A stretch of DNA of 64,000 nt from Ilumatobacteraceae bacterium. Lineage in GTDB: Bacteria > Actinomycetota > Acidimicrobiia > Acidimicrobiales > Ilumatobacteraceae. Below are positions 53,670-64,000 of this stretch, piece after piece. Position 1 is the stretch's first letter. Every line of letters begins with the position of its first letter. Location of the stretch: contig JANMRB010000157.1 of NCBI GenBank assembly GCA_031370825.1, forward strand, positions 14,556 to 78,555, written 5' to 3'. The notes beneath the pieces are model-generated. The model had not been told where the DNA came from. It made no database searches and worked only from the letters and a program-made list of their open reading frames with translations. The position numbers and the translations under genes are program-made.

Positions 53670-54790
53670 GACTCCAATCGAGTCCGTGGTGAAACGGTAG
53701 TCGCGGCAACGAGGGCCTCGACGGCTGTTCGTTGTTCATCGGTGAGATTTCTGGGCACATCGACCTCGACAGTGACGATGAGGTCCCCAGTTGCTTTCTT
53801 CGTGGCGATGCCTTTGCCCCTGACGCGGTGCCGTGATCCGGACGGCGTGCCCGGCTTCAGGCGCAGCATCACGCGTTCGCCGTCGAGCGTCGGAACGTCG
53901 ATGTCTCCACCAAGGGCGACCTCGGCAAACGTGACCGGCACCCTGACGGTGAGGTTGTTGCCGTCGCGACCGAACAGCCGGTGACCCGACACATGGCATT
54001 CGACGATGAGGTCTCCCGGTGGGCCGCCATTGCGGCCGGGAGCACCGCGCCCTTTGAGGCGAATCTTCTGGCCGTCGGCAACGCCCGCCGGTATGCGCGC
54101 CTGCACTTCGCGTGGGCGCCGCTCGGTGCCCGTTCCGTGACATGTCGGGCATGCGTCGGTGACGATGACCCCTCGGCCGCCGCAGACCCGGCACGGAGAC
54201 GAGAAGGAGAACAATCCTTGGTTCTCATCGACGACGCCACGCCCGCCGCAATTCGAACAGACCTTCGGTTGCGTCCCGGGTTTGGCGCCGCTGCCGTGGC
54301 ATGTGCTGCACTGCGCGTCGCTCGTGAGGTAGAGCGTGGTGGTGAGGCCTGTGGCCGCGTCGGCGAAATCGAGGTTGAGCGTGGCCTCGACATCGGCGCC
54401 GCGCTGCGGGCCCGCGGCCGCTGATGGGCCGCCACCGCGTCGGCCACGGCCGAACATCTGGCCGAGCATGTCGCCGAGGCCGTCGCTGCCGACGTTGAAG
54501 TTGAATCCACCGCCGGGCCCACCCGGGCCACCGCCCTGGAACCCGCCGAGCGGGCCGAGCTTGCGGACCTCGTCGTATTCCTTGCGCTTGGCTTCGTCGC
54601 CCAAGACGTCGTACGCCGCGCTGACTTCCTTGAACCGCTCTTCGGCGGCATCGTCGCCGGGGTGCGTGTCGGGATGGCTACCTCGGGCCAGCTTGCGGTA
54701 CGCCTTGGTGATGTCTTTGGGGCTCGCGTCCTCGCCGACGCCGAGGATCTTGTAGTAGTCCTTCTCGTACCACTCACGTTGCGCCGCCAT
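53666..54790 (-). CDS. dnaJ: molecular chaperone DnaJ
   Basis: J domain KDYYKILGV...HPD, G-rich linker, and four CxxCxGxG zinc-finger repeats (CSTCHGSG, CSNCGGRG, CRVCGGRG, CPTCHGTG). Confidence 0.95.
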   Translation of the reverse strand: MAAQREWYEKDYYKILGVGEDASPKDITKAYRKLARGSHPDTHPGDDAAEERFKEVSAAYDVLGDEAKRKEYDEVRKLGPLGGFQGGGPGGPGGGFNFNVGSDGLGDMLGQMFGRGRRGGGPSAAAGPQRGADVEATLNLDFADAATGLTTTLYLTSDAQCSTCHGSGAKPGTQPKVCSNCGGRGVVDENQGLFSFSSPCRVCGGRGVIVTDACPTCHGTGTERRPREVQARIPAGVADGQKIRLKGRGAPGRNGGPPGDLIVECHVSGHRLFGRDGNNLTVRVPVTFAEVALGGDIDVPTLDGERVMLRLKPGTPSGSRHRVRGKGIATKKATGDLIVTVEVDVPRNLTDEQRTAVEALVAATTVSPRTRLES

Positions 54791-54856
54791 AGATCATCAC
54801 CTCCCTCCGTTCTCGTTCACTTGCGATTCTCGATCACAGACCTCAGTGGGCCCGCT

Positions 54857-55410
54857 TCAGCCGCGGACCTTGACCATCGCCGGCCGCAGGACCTTGCCAT
54901 TCCATGTGTAACCGGATCGCAAGACCTCGCTGACAACGGGCTCCCCCTCGCCCGGCTCGTGCAGGACGGCATCGGCAAGGTGTGGATCGAATGGCTGCTC
55001 GTGCAGGTTCATCGACTCGAGGCCCTGCTTCTTCAACTCGCTGAGCATCAGGTTGAACAACGGCTCGATCTCGGCTGGATGCTGCAAGAACGCAGCCTCA
55101 CAAGCGTCGAGCACCGGCAGCAGAGCCTCGGCCAGCCGCCCAGTAGCGCGGTCGATGTCGTCGTTGCGCTGCGTAGCCAGTCGTCGCCGATAGTTCTCGT
55201 AATCAGCAGCAATCCGCTGAGCGCGCGCCATCCACTCGTCGCGGTCAGACGTGAGAACCTCGACCTCGGTCGGCTCTGTCAGTTCAGCCTCATCCTCAGA
55301 AACGTCAGACAATTCGCCGACGTAGTCGTCGGAGGGTGGCGCCGTAGGCGAAGTGGGAGGATCTTCTCCGGTGACAGGACCCTCCGACGACGGGCCGGAG
55401 GTGATGTCAC

Positions 55411-55414
<4 letters not shown>
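54857..55414 (-). CDS. grpE: nucleotide exchange factor GrpE
   Basis: 185 aa with an acidic N-terminus. [15 protein letters not shown] and FDPHLADAV motifs. The ATG overlaps the dnaK stop. Confidence 0.9.
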
Positions 55415-57252
<1,838 letters not shown>

Positions 57253-57293
57253 GGGATTGCTCCTTCAATAGGGGGTTCGGTTGAGATACGGAT

Positions 57294-57314
57294 GTTGAGT
57301 GAACTTGACGCAAG
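57294..57314 (-). promoter_or_regulatory. HAIR operator, proximal imperfect copy
   Basis: Gene-sense sequence CTTGCGT-caagttc-ACTCAAC matches the consensus CTTGAGT-N7-ACTCAAG at 12 of 14 positions. It lies 42-62 nt upstream of the dnaK ATG. Confidence 0.6.
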
Positions 57315-57358
57315 TTTACGGTCCGCTTCGCGACCGATGCAACCCGGGTGGGAGGAAA

Positions 57359-57379
57359 CTTGAGTCACTGTGACTCAAG
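57359..57379 (-). promoter_or_regulatory. HAIR operator (HspR-associated inverted repeat), perfect copy
   Basis: CTTGAGT-cactgtg-ACTCAAG is an exact match to the consensus. It lies 107-127 nt upstream of dnaK, in the intergenic region shared with the divergent dioxygenase gene. Confidence 0.85.
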
Positions 57380-57456
57380 TTTTGCAGGCTCCGAGCCCAG
57401 GTCGAGACCTCTCGCCGCGGTCAGGGACAGGACCTGTGTAGCGCGAGAATGGGACG

Positions 57457-58329
57457 GTGTTGACCGAACAGCAGCTCGACTGGTTCCACACGGACGGATT
57501 CGTCCTGGTGCCAGACGTCCTGAGCGCCGACGAGGTCGAGGTTCTCCAGCGCGGCGCGTGGGAGAACGTGCCGTCCCCCGAGCAGTACTTTGCCGACCCA
57601 GGGGGATACACCCACCTGACCAACACCCCGTTTGCCGGATTGACCAACTTTCCGTGGGCGTCGGCGGAGCTGAACCGTCTTGTCGCACATCCGAGCATCC
57701 TGGCGATCGTTCGCCAGATCCTGGGTGTCGACGACATCAGGCTGTACAAGGGCGAGTTGTGGGCGAAGTACGCCGGAAACGCCGACTACGACCAGCACCA
57801 TCACCGCGACTTCGGGAACCACACACTTGTGGTGCCGAGCGTGAAGCGCCGGTGGATGCAGGTGACGACGTTCACCTATCTGTGCGACGTGGACGAGACA
57901 AACGGGGCAACGGCGGCAGTCCCGAAGCGGTACTCGGCGCACATCCCACTTGGTCAGCGACGCACCGAGCCAGGCGAGCTGCGAGATCGCGAGGTTCTGG
58001 CCTGCGGGCGGGCCGGCTCGACGCTCGTCTACTCGACCGAGGTCTTCCATCGGGGGACGTCGTTGACGTCTCCTACGGCTTCGCGTTTCACGGTCCTGGC
58101 CGATTACAAGGCCGCCGACGCCAGCTGGACCAACAAGCACGCCTTCGGCCACCTCGGGCAGCGCCGGGAGATGATCGAGTTCGTCACCAACGTCGACCCC
58201 GACACCCGAACGTTGCTCGACATCCCCGCACCGGGCCATCCCTACTGGACAGAGCAGACCATTGCCGACATGGCGGTTCGATATCCCGGCATCGACATGG
58301 GCCCCTACAAAGCCGCCCGAGGTGCCTGA
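57457..58329 (+). CDS. phytanoyl-CoA dioxygenase (PhyH) family Fe(II)/2-oxoglutarate oxygenase
   Basis: MLTEQQLDWFHTDGFVLVPDVLSADEV is a PhyH-type N-terminus. HHHRD...H pattern. Length is 290 aa. Confidence 0.75.
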   Translation: MLTEQQLDWFHTDGFVLVPDVLSADEVEVLQRGAWENVPSPEQYFADPGGYTHLTNTPFAGLTNFPWASAELNRLVAHPSILAIVRQILGVDDIRLYKGELWAKYAGNADYDQHHHRDFGNHTLVVPSVKRRWMQVTTFTYLCDVDETNGATAAVPKRYSAHIPLGQRRTEPGELRDREVLACGRAGSTLVYSTEVFHRGTSLTSPTASRFTVLADYKAADASWTNKHAFGHLGQRREMIEFVTNVDPDTRTLLDIPAPGHPYWTEQTIADMAVRYPGIDMGPYKAARGA

Positions 58330-58360
58330 CCCGTGACGATCGTCGTATCGTCGGACCCCA

Positions 58361-59596
58361 ATGGCAACACTCCAGCTCGAAGGTGATCCGAGCGACGTCG
58401 GCATGTCCGCCGAGCGACTCGCCCGCATCGATACCCACTTTCAAAAGTACGTCGACGACGGTCGGCTCCCTGGTTGGCTGATCAGCGTCAGTCGTCACGG
58501 CAAGCTCGTCCACCTGTCGACGCACGGTCAGCGCGACATCGAAGCATCGAAACCCGTCGAGACCGACACGTTGTGGCGGATCTTCTCGATGACCAAGCCG
58601 ATCACGGCCGTGCTGGCCCTGCAGCTGTGGGAGGAGGGTGCCTTCGAGCTGAACGACCCGGTGCATCGATACATCCCCGCGTTCAAGCATCAGAAGGTGT
58701 GGCGGTCGGGTAGTTCGACGGCGCCGATCCTCGATCCGGTCGTCGAGAAGATGCGTTTGTGGCACCTGTTCTCTCATACGAGCGGGCTCACCTACGGGTT
58801 CATGTTCGCTCATCCGGTCGACGAGCTCTACCGCAAGGCTGGTTTCGAGTGGGGAATGCCCCGTGATCTGGATCTCGAGGCGGTCGTGGACAGATGGGCT
58901 GCACTTCCCCTCCTGTTCCAGCCCGGCACCGAGTGGAACTATTCGGTAGGCCTCGACGTTCTGGGCCGCGTGCTGGAGGTGATCACCGGCCAGCGACTCG
59001 ACGAACTGATGCGAACCCGGCTGCTCGAACCTCTCGGCATGAACGAGACGACATGGTTTGTCGATGAAGCAAGCGCCCCTCGCCTGGCCGCCTTGTACGG
59101 AGTGCACCCGGAGACGCGCAAGGCGGCGCGCATGGAGGTGATGGACCGTGGCACGCTCCGCGAACCGAAGGCCCATGGCGGTGGTGGAGGCTTGGTCAGC
59201 ACGGCGCACGACTACCACCGATTCACGCAGATGTTGCTCCGCGGTGGCGAGCTCGACGGCGTGCGCATCCTCGCGCCCGGAACCGTGAAGTACATGGCCA
59301 GCAACCACCTTCCCAACGGTGTCGACCTCAGCGCCTTTGCCCGGCCGCTGTTCGCCGAGACGACGTTCGACGGTGTCGGCTTCGGCTTGGGTGTCAGCGT
59401 CACGATCGACCCCGTCAAGGCCCGCGTGCCCGGAAGCTCCGGCGAGTATGCGTGGGGTGGTGCGGCGAGCACGGCATTCTGGATCGACCCGGCCGAAGAC
59501 CTCACGGTGCAGTTCTTCACCCAGCTGCTCCCAAGCAGCACTCACCCCATCCGCAGCCAGCTGAAGCAGCTCGTCTACCAATCGATCCTCGCCTGA
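58361..59596 (+). CDS. serine hydrolase, class C beta-lactamase/esterase family
   Basis: SxxK motif FSMTKPITAV, YSN-like motif WNYSVGLD, C-terminal YAWGGAASTAFWIDP. Confidence 0.85.
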   Translation: MATLQLEGDPSDVGMSAERLARIDTHFQKYVDDGRLPGWLISVSRHGKLVHLSTHGQRDIEASKPVETDTLWRIFSMTKPITAVLALQLWEEGAFELNDPVHRYIPAFKHQKVWRSGSSTAPILDPVVEKMRLWHLFSHTSGLTYGFMFAHPVDELYRKAGFEWGMPRDLDLEAVVDRWAALPLLFQPGTEWNYSVGLDVLGRVLEVITGQRLDELMRTRLLEPLGMNETTWFVDEASAPRLAALYGVHPETRKAARMEVMDRGTLREPKAHGGGGGLVSTAHDYHRFTQMLLRGGELDGVRILAPGTVKYMASNHLPNGVDLSAFARPLFAETTFDGVGFGLGVSVTIDPVKARVPGSSGEYAWGGAASTAFWIDPAEDLTVQFFTQLLPSSTHPIRSQLKQLVYQSILA

Positions 59597-59597
59597 G

Positions 59598-60533
59598 ATG
59601 CAGCTTTCCGACCTGTGCATCTTCACCGAGCCCCAGCAGGGCGCCTCATACGACACGTTGCTCACGGTCACCAAGCGCGCCGAGGCACTCGGCTACGGAG
59701 GATTCTTCCGCAGCGACCACTACCTGAAGATGGGTGACGTAAGCGGCCTCCCCGGACCGACGGACGCATGGGTCACCCTTGCTGGGCTCGCCTGCGAAAC
59801 ATCGACGATCCGCCTCGGCACACTCGTCTCGCCGGTCACGTTCCGACGGCCCGGTCTGCTGGCAGTCAGCGTCTCCCAGGTCGACCAGATGAGCGGTGGG
59901 CGCATCGAGTTGGGCATCGGTGCTGGATGGTACGAACCGGAGCACAAGGCCTACGGGTTCGACTTTCCGCCGGCCGCGGCCCGCTTCGATGACCTCACCG
60001 ATCAGTTGGCGATCATCACCGGGATGTGGAGCACACCGATCGGCGAGACCTTCAGCTATGCCGGCAAGGTGCACAGCGTCACTGATTCGCCTGGTTTGCC
60101 GAAGCCGGTCCAACAACCGCTGCCGATCATCATCGGAGGTGGCGGCGCAAAACGCACGCCCGTGCTGACCGCCCAGTACGCGACGGAGTGCAACGTCGGA
60201 TTCGCGCCGGTGACGACGTTCGTCGAACGCAAAGCAAGGGTGGAGGCGGCGTGCGCCGCGATCGATCGCCAACGACCGATGCGATACTCGGTTGCGCTCG
60301 TGGTGTGCGCTGGAGGAACCGAGGCCGACGTTCGGCGTCGCGCGGCAGCCATCGGCCGCGAGCCTGCCGAGCTCCGTACGGATGGGGCGGCGGGATCTGC
60401 CGAGGAAACCGCCGCGGCAATTCGCCGATACGTGGACGCTGGTGCCGAACGGGTCTACCTGCAGGTGCTCGACCTGTCAGACCTCGATCATGTCGACTTC
60501 ATCGCCAACGAGGTCGCTCCGCTGCTCGACTGA
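59598..60533 (+). CDS. LLM-class (luciferase-like) flavin/F420-dependent oxidoreductase
   Basis: FTEPQQGASYDTLLTVTKRAEALGYGGFFRSDHY, IELGIGAGWYEPEHKAYG, IIIGGGGAKRTP. Confidence 0.8.
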   Translation: MQLSDLCIFTEPQQGASYDTLLTVTKRAEALGYGGFFRSDHYLKMGDVSGLPGPTDAWVTLAGLACETSTIRLGTLVSPVTFRRPGLLAVSVSQVDQMSGGRIELGIGAGWYEPEHKAYGFDFPPAAARFDDLTDQLAIITGMWSTPIGETFSYAGKVHSVTDSPGLPKPVQQPLPIIIGGGGAKRTPVLTAQYATECNVGFAPVTTFVERKARVEAACAAIDRQRPMRYSVALVVCAGGTEADVRRRAAAIGREPAELRTDGAAGSAEETAAAIRRYVDAGAERVYLQVLDLSDLDHVDFIANEVAPLLD

Positions 60534-61454
60534 GGTCGCGTACACAGACCACGCTCGGTTGACCTCGGTCGTCATGTCGGCATAGGTAAGTTGCGCGCCA
60601 AGGCCGAACTCGTCGAGCGCCAGCAAGCTGGCGGCGCCGCGCACCATCGCAGCCTTGGTCCACACTTCGGCCCAAGCAGCGCCTCCGGCAACCACGGTGA
60701 CGGCCACGATCTCACGTTGATGATGCGTCGGCCGTCCGGTAGCAGGATCGAGAAGGTGGTGCACGAGTTGGCCATCGTCGCAGTGCCAGCGGCGGCGAAA
60801 CGTCCCTGAGGTTGCAACGCCGCCGGCACTCATCGTCAGTTGGGCGACCTCGACCACGTCATCGTTGGGGTCGGCAACCCCGACCAGCCACCCTCCCGGT
60901 TGGGGCGCAGCGCCACGCACGCACACATCGCCGCCGATCGACACAGACGCACCGTCGGCTCCTGCGCCAAGAAGTCGGTCGACGACGAGATCCGCGGCCA
61001 GCCCTTTGCCAATTCCACCGGGATCGAGGCACAGTCCGATCGGTGCGAGGACAACACTGTCGACGTCGTCGATCACCAACTCGTCGAGGTTGCCACGAAG
61101 CGACGCCCCACTCGGCAGAGATGTGACGGCTGCCGGGTCGTGCCAGCTGGCTGCATACCCGAGACCGACCAGAGGGGCCAGCAACGTGGGGTCGAACCCT
61201 CCACCGGTCGCCCGCCAGCCATCGAGCATTGCCCGCAGCAGTACCACCGTCGCCGGGTCGACACGAAGCGGCGACCCTCCTGCGTTGTTGAGACGGCTGA
61301 TGTCGCTGTGGGGAAGGAAGCGGCTCCAGCAAAATTCGAGGTGAGCGACGTCATGCGCGGCTTGCTCGAGAAGTTCGGGCGATCCGCCGACGAGAACCAC
61401 ATCGACCGACGACCCCATGGCCCTCCACGATCCAACATGAGTCTGGGGGCTCAA
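60477..61454 (-). CDS. apbE: FAD:protein FMN transferase (ApbE family)
   Basis: AMGSSVDVVL (MGT-type motif), CLDPGGIGKGLAADLV, GGVATSGTFRR. The start is uncertain: the track ORF begins at 61541, but that overlaps the upstream gene. Candidates are TTG 61454 and ATG 61418. The 3' end overlaps the convergent LLM gene by 57 nt. Confidence 0.75.
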   Translation of the reverse strand: MSPQTHVGSWRAMGSSVDVVLVGGSPELLEQAAHDVAHLEFCWSRFLPHSDISRLNNAGGSPLRVDPATVVLLRAMLDGWRATGGGFDPTLLAPLVGLGYAASWHDPAAVTSLPSGASLRGNLDELVIDDVDSVVLAPIGLCLDPGGIGKGLAADLVVDRLLGAGADGASVSIGGDVCVRGAAPQPGGWLVGVADPNDDVVEVAQLTMSAGGVATSGTFRRRWHCDDGQLVHHLLDPATGRPTHHQREIVAVTVVAGGAAWAEVWTKAAMVRGAASLLALDEFGLGAQLTYADMTTEVNRAWSVYATSVEQRSDLVGDEVDMIEV

Positions 61455-61458
61455 CAGA

Positions 61459-61914
61459 TCAGCTCGAGGACTTGGTCGTTGCGTTGGAGGTTGCGCGGGT
61501 GGTGGTCTTCTGCGCCACCGCCTGAGGGGCCGGCACGGCAACAGGGATCGTCACTAGAACCGTGGCCACCGGAGTCGATGGGATCAGCGCCGCAACAGGT
61601 GGCGTGGTCGGCGCAGAGGTCGGGGCGACCGGCGTAGAAGCCGTGGGGACCGGCGTAGAAGTCGTGGGGACCGGCGAGACCGGCACGATCTGGACCGTGG
61701 TGTCCGCCGCCGGCAGCGTGGTGTCTGCAGGCAGCGCTGTGCTCTGAGCCGTCGTGCCGCCCCAGCCCATGGCCGCGACGAGACCGAACATGGCTGACGT
61801 GGACACGCCCGCCGTCAAGATCTTCCACGCCTTAGCGGGCTTGCCGCGATCCTTGGAAGGGGTGCGCAGCGCGGCGAGGCGCTCCGCGGCGGATGCGGGG
61901 ATCGGCTCAGTCAT
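61459..61914 (-). CDS. hypothetical membrane-anchored Thr/Pro-rich protein
   Basis: The start ATG at 61914 overlaps the upstream stop as ATGACTGA. TM ILTAGVSTSAMFGLVAAMGW is followed by PVSPVPTTSTPVPTASTPVAPTSAPTTPP. Confidence 0.6.
   Translation of the reverse strand: MTEPIPASAAERLAALRTPSKDRGKPAKAWKILTAGVSTSAMFGLVAAMGWGGTTAQSTALPADTTLPAADTTVQIVPVSPVPTTSTPVPTASTPVAPTSAPTTPPVAALIPSTPVATVLVTIPVAVPAPQAVAQKTTTRATSNATTKSSS
61628..61684 (-). repeat. 21-bp tandem repeat (2 full units plus a partial unit) encoding PTxSTPV heptads
   Basis: accggcgtagaagccgtgggg / accggcgtagaagtcgtgggg / accggcgagaccggc. It is in frame inside the Thr/Pro-rich ORF. Confidence 0.8.
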
Positions 61915-62461
61915 CGCTGCCGTCGTCGCCACCACCGTGGCGGCCGCTGTTGTCATCAACCGAGTTGCTCGTTACCGAGACGTCTTTTGACTCGACCGAG
62001 GTCGTCACGACGCCAAAGAGAAGGTTGGCGTGGAACTCGACCTCGGTGCTGCCCGACTGAAACCCGATCTCGACCGTCGAAGCGTCGTCGGCCTCGGACT
62101 TGGTGACCGTCCACCCCGCAACCGGGGTGACGTTGACGATCGTCAGAACATCACCCGAGGTGTCGAGGGTTACCGAACCGGCGTCGCCGATCGCGTACAC
62201 GGCTTGCGTCGAGGATGCCGCGACCTGGGGAATCGCCGCAGCCTTCGGGGCAGTCGTCGTAGCCACCGTTGTCGTGACCTTTGGATCCTGCGTGCCCGCT
62301 TCCGCAGTGTTCGGAGTTGACGAAGTCGGCGAGGTCTGGTCGACGGAGAATGCGGACGTCGAGGCATTTCCGGTGAGCACTTGCGCGTTGACCAGGGCAG
62401 CGGCCGAACCGGCCACCAGCACTCCGGCAATCGAGATCATCGTGGCAACTCGAGTCTTCAT
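61907..62461 (-). CDS. hypothetical secreted protein
   Basis: SD GGAAGG before the ATG at 62461. Signal MKTRVATMISIAGVLVAGSAAALVNAQV. Ser/Thr-rich linker and a beta-rich C-terminal domain. It is divergent from the two-component system. Confidence 0.65.
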   Translation of the reverse strand: MKTRVATMISIAGVLVAGSAAALVNAQVLTGNASTSAFSVDQTSPTSSTPNTAEAGTQDPKVTTTVATTTAPKAAAIPQVAASSTQAVYAIGDAGSVTLDTSGDVLTIVNVTPVAGWTVTKSEADDASTVEIGFQSGSTEVEFHANLLFGVVTTSVESKDVSVTSNSVDDNSGRHGGGDDGSDD

Positions 62462-62522
62462 CTTCTTACCTTCCGTCGTAACGATCACATCGATCGTGGA
62501 TCACAAGGTACGAGCGCGCCTC

Positions 62523-62561
62523 CCAAGGGACAGGCCGCGAATATCCAAGATTTGTCCAAGA
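62523..62561. promoter_or_regulatory. helically phased CCAAG direct repeats upstream of the response-regulator gene
   Basis: CCAAG occurs at 62523, 62545 and 62556, offsets of 22 and 11 bp. The last two form TCCAAGA-tttg-TCCAAGA. The repeats lie 39-77 nt upstream of the regulator's GTG. Confidence 0.35.
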
Positions 62562-62599
62562 AGGACCCCCGCGCCCGGCGGGCTTGTCACAATGACTGC

Positions 62600-63280
62600 G
62601 TGAAGTTGCTGCTGGTCGAGGACGACAAGGCGATCGCCGAGACCCTTGTGGAAGGTCTCACCGCAGCCGGCCACACCGTCGTCCACGTGGCCACGGGTGC
62701 GGCCGCCTTGGCCGAGCGCGGTCACGAACTCGTGCTGCTCGACCTCGGGTTGCCAGACATGGATGGTCGCGACGTGTGCCGTGAGCTGCGGCAACGGTCG
62801 GTGACAACGCCGATCATCATGCTGACGGCGCGGAGCGAGGAGTTCGACCGTGTGCTAGGTCTCGAGCTCGGTGCCGACGACTACGTGACCAAGCCATTCA
62901 GCCTTCGCGAGCTTGTCGCTCGAATTCGGGCCGTTGGCCGCCGAGCTCTCGACGGTCAGCCGAACGCCGACGATCGCGAGAGCGCGGCGCCGCAGATGAT
63001 CGGACCAATGGAGTTGGATCGGCGGACGCGACGGGTTCGAATCCGCGGTCAGGAGATCGCGCTGACCGCCAAGGAGTTCGACCTGCTGGCGTTCCTGGCA
63101 AACGATGTCGGCGCTGTGCACACACGGACCGAGATACTCGAAACGGTTTGGGACGCCCATTGGTATGGCCCGACCAAAACGGTCGACGCCCATGTCGCCT
63201 CGCTGCGCAAGAAACTCGGCGATCACGGATGGATCGAAGCCGTTCGTGGGGTCGGATTCCGGTTGGAAGCCCCCTCGTGA
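62600..63280 (+). CDS. OmpR/PhoB-family response regulator
   Basis: VKLLLVEDDKAIAETL...LVLLDLGLPDMDG (receiver domain) and LTAKEFDLLAFLANDVGAVHTRTEILETVWD...VDAHVASLRKKLG (winged helix). I chose the GTG at 62600. Confidence 0.9.
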   Translation: MKLLLVEDDKAIAETLVEGLTAAGHTVVHVATGAAALAERGHELVLLDLGLPDMDGRDVCRELRQRSVTTPIIMLTARSEEFDRVLGLELGADDYVTKPFSLRELVARIRAVGRRALDGQPNADDRESAAPQMIGPMELDRRTRRVRIRGQEIALTAKEFDLLAFLANDVGAVHTRTEILETVWDAHWYGPTKTVDAHVASLRKKLGDHGWIEAVRGVGFRLEAPS

Positions 63281-64000
63281 GATGGCGGCTGATCGCCGCG
63301 TTCGTGGGTGTGACGATCGTGATCCTTGCGGCGCAGAACATCCCGTTGGCCCAATACCTGCGCCGGGTCGAATCCGAGCGAGTCCTGGCCGGCATCGAAC
63401 GCGACGCTTTCATACTCGCCGGTGTATCAGAAGATGCGCTGTCCGGGCAGGGCACGGCGGATCCCAACGCGTTGCAATCCACCGTTGACGTGTACCCGGG
63501 CAGCACGGGCGCGCAAGTGGTGATCACCGACGCCGCTGGAATCGCGGTCGCAGTCTCCGGCGACAAGGGTCGACGCGGTACCGACTACTCGAGCCGTCCA
63601 GAGATTGCGACCGCACTAACTGGAAGCCCGACCTCGGGACGTAGGGCGTCCGAGACGACAGGCGGCGACCTCGTCTACGTCGCCGTTCCTGTCTTGTCCG
63701 GTGCATTGCCGATCGGTGTTGTGCGCCTGACCTATTCCGCCTCGACCATCGATGATCGTGCGTCCGGCAAGGTGCGCGGGATCCTCGCGGTCGGATTGAT
63801 CTCGCTGGCAACCGCAGCGTTGGCCGCCGCGTTGATGGCCACCACGATCGTGCGGCCGCTGCGACGTCTTCAACGTGCCACCGAGCACGTTGCGGCCGGC
63901 GACTTCGACAGCCGGGCGGTGATCGACGAAGGTGCACCCGAGATCCGCGGGCTTGCCGCTTCCTTCAACATCATGACCGAGCGGATCTCGACACTGGTCG
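63277..64000 (+). CDS. sensor histidine kinase, N-terminal part (TM - sensor - TM - HAMP); runs off the window
   Basis: Hand translation from GTG 63277, which overlaps the regulator's TGA as GTGA: VRWRLIAAFVGVTIVILAAQNIPLAQYL ... ILAVGLISLATAALAAALMATTIVRPLRRLQRATEHVAAGDFDSR...IRGLAASFNIMTERISTLV. It is absent from the ORF track because there is no stop in the window. Confidence 0.8.
   Translation, partial: MRWRLIAAFVGVTIVILAAQNIPLAQYLRRVESERVLAGIERDAFILAGVSEDALSGQGTADPNALQSTVDVYPGSTGAQVVITDAAGIAVAVSGDKGRRGTDYSSRPEIATALTGSPTSGRRASETTGGDLVYVAVPVLSGALPIGVVRLTYSASTIDDRASGKVRGILAVGLISLATAALAAALMATTIVRPLRRLQRATEHVAAGDFDSRAVIDEGAPEIRGLAASFNIMTERISTLV

Noticed and set aside
60477-60533. 57-nt convergent 3' overlap between the LLM oxidoreductase and ApbE genes.
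   Set aside because: Both C-termini simply run to the first stop codon in GC-rich sequence. Nothing suggests a functional antisense arrangement, so it is noted only as an annotation caveat.
61628-61684. Short tandem repeats as a possible CRISPR or minisatellite locus.
   Set aside because: There are only about 2.7 contiguous 21-bp units and no spacers. They are in frame inside a Thr/Pro-rich coding region, so this is a coding low-complexity repeat.

Overview
This is a GC-rich, densely coding chromosomal segment of actinobacterial type. Markers for that assignment are a dnaK-grpE-dnaJ-hspR operon with HAIR operators, a tRNA Glu-Asp-Phe cluster, a ClpS-DUF2017 pair and an SNF2+SWIM pair. I see no CRISPR array, transposase, integrase or phage genes.

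Gene order, left to right:
- A caa3-type cytochrome oxidase operon (ctaC-ctaD-ctaE), preceded in the same transcription unit by three extra genes: a subunit-I paralogue with none of the six metal-ligand histidines, a subunit-III-like protein, and a 7-TM protein with a beta-rich C-terminal domain.
- ctaB, clpS/DUF2017, degV, a thioesterase, and three tRNAs.
- A fused E1 alpha/beta dehydrogenase, a lipoprotein, and engB.
- An envelope block: a membrane PAS-GGDEF-EAL protein; a 1563-aa N-terminally anchored protein with about 12 cadherin-like repeats; MoxR-DUF58-transglutaminase-like genes in which the Cys-His-Asp triad appears replaced; a TM-less EssC/EccC-like ATPase with four P-loop domains, coupled to a PilM-like protein; and an FtsH paralogue.
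- Housekeeping genes: arfB, pyrE, tesB, purB, purA, and a divergent HisD-family gene.
- A ParA / tandem-RHH / LtrA operon behind a 20-bp palindrome.
- An MFS transporter, clpB, the SNF2+SWIM pair, and a PepSY protein next to a 5'-truncated histidine-kinase remnant.
- The dnaK operon, several enzymes, two secreted Thr/Pro-rich proteins, and an OmpR-type response regulator with a sensor kinase that runs off the window.

The most interesting candidates are the ligand-less 'ghost' oxidase module and the soluble EssC-like ATPase neighbourhood. All functional calls rest on motifs read by eye from the translations. No database search was run.
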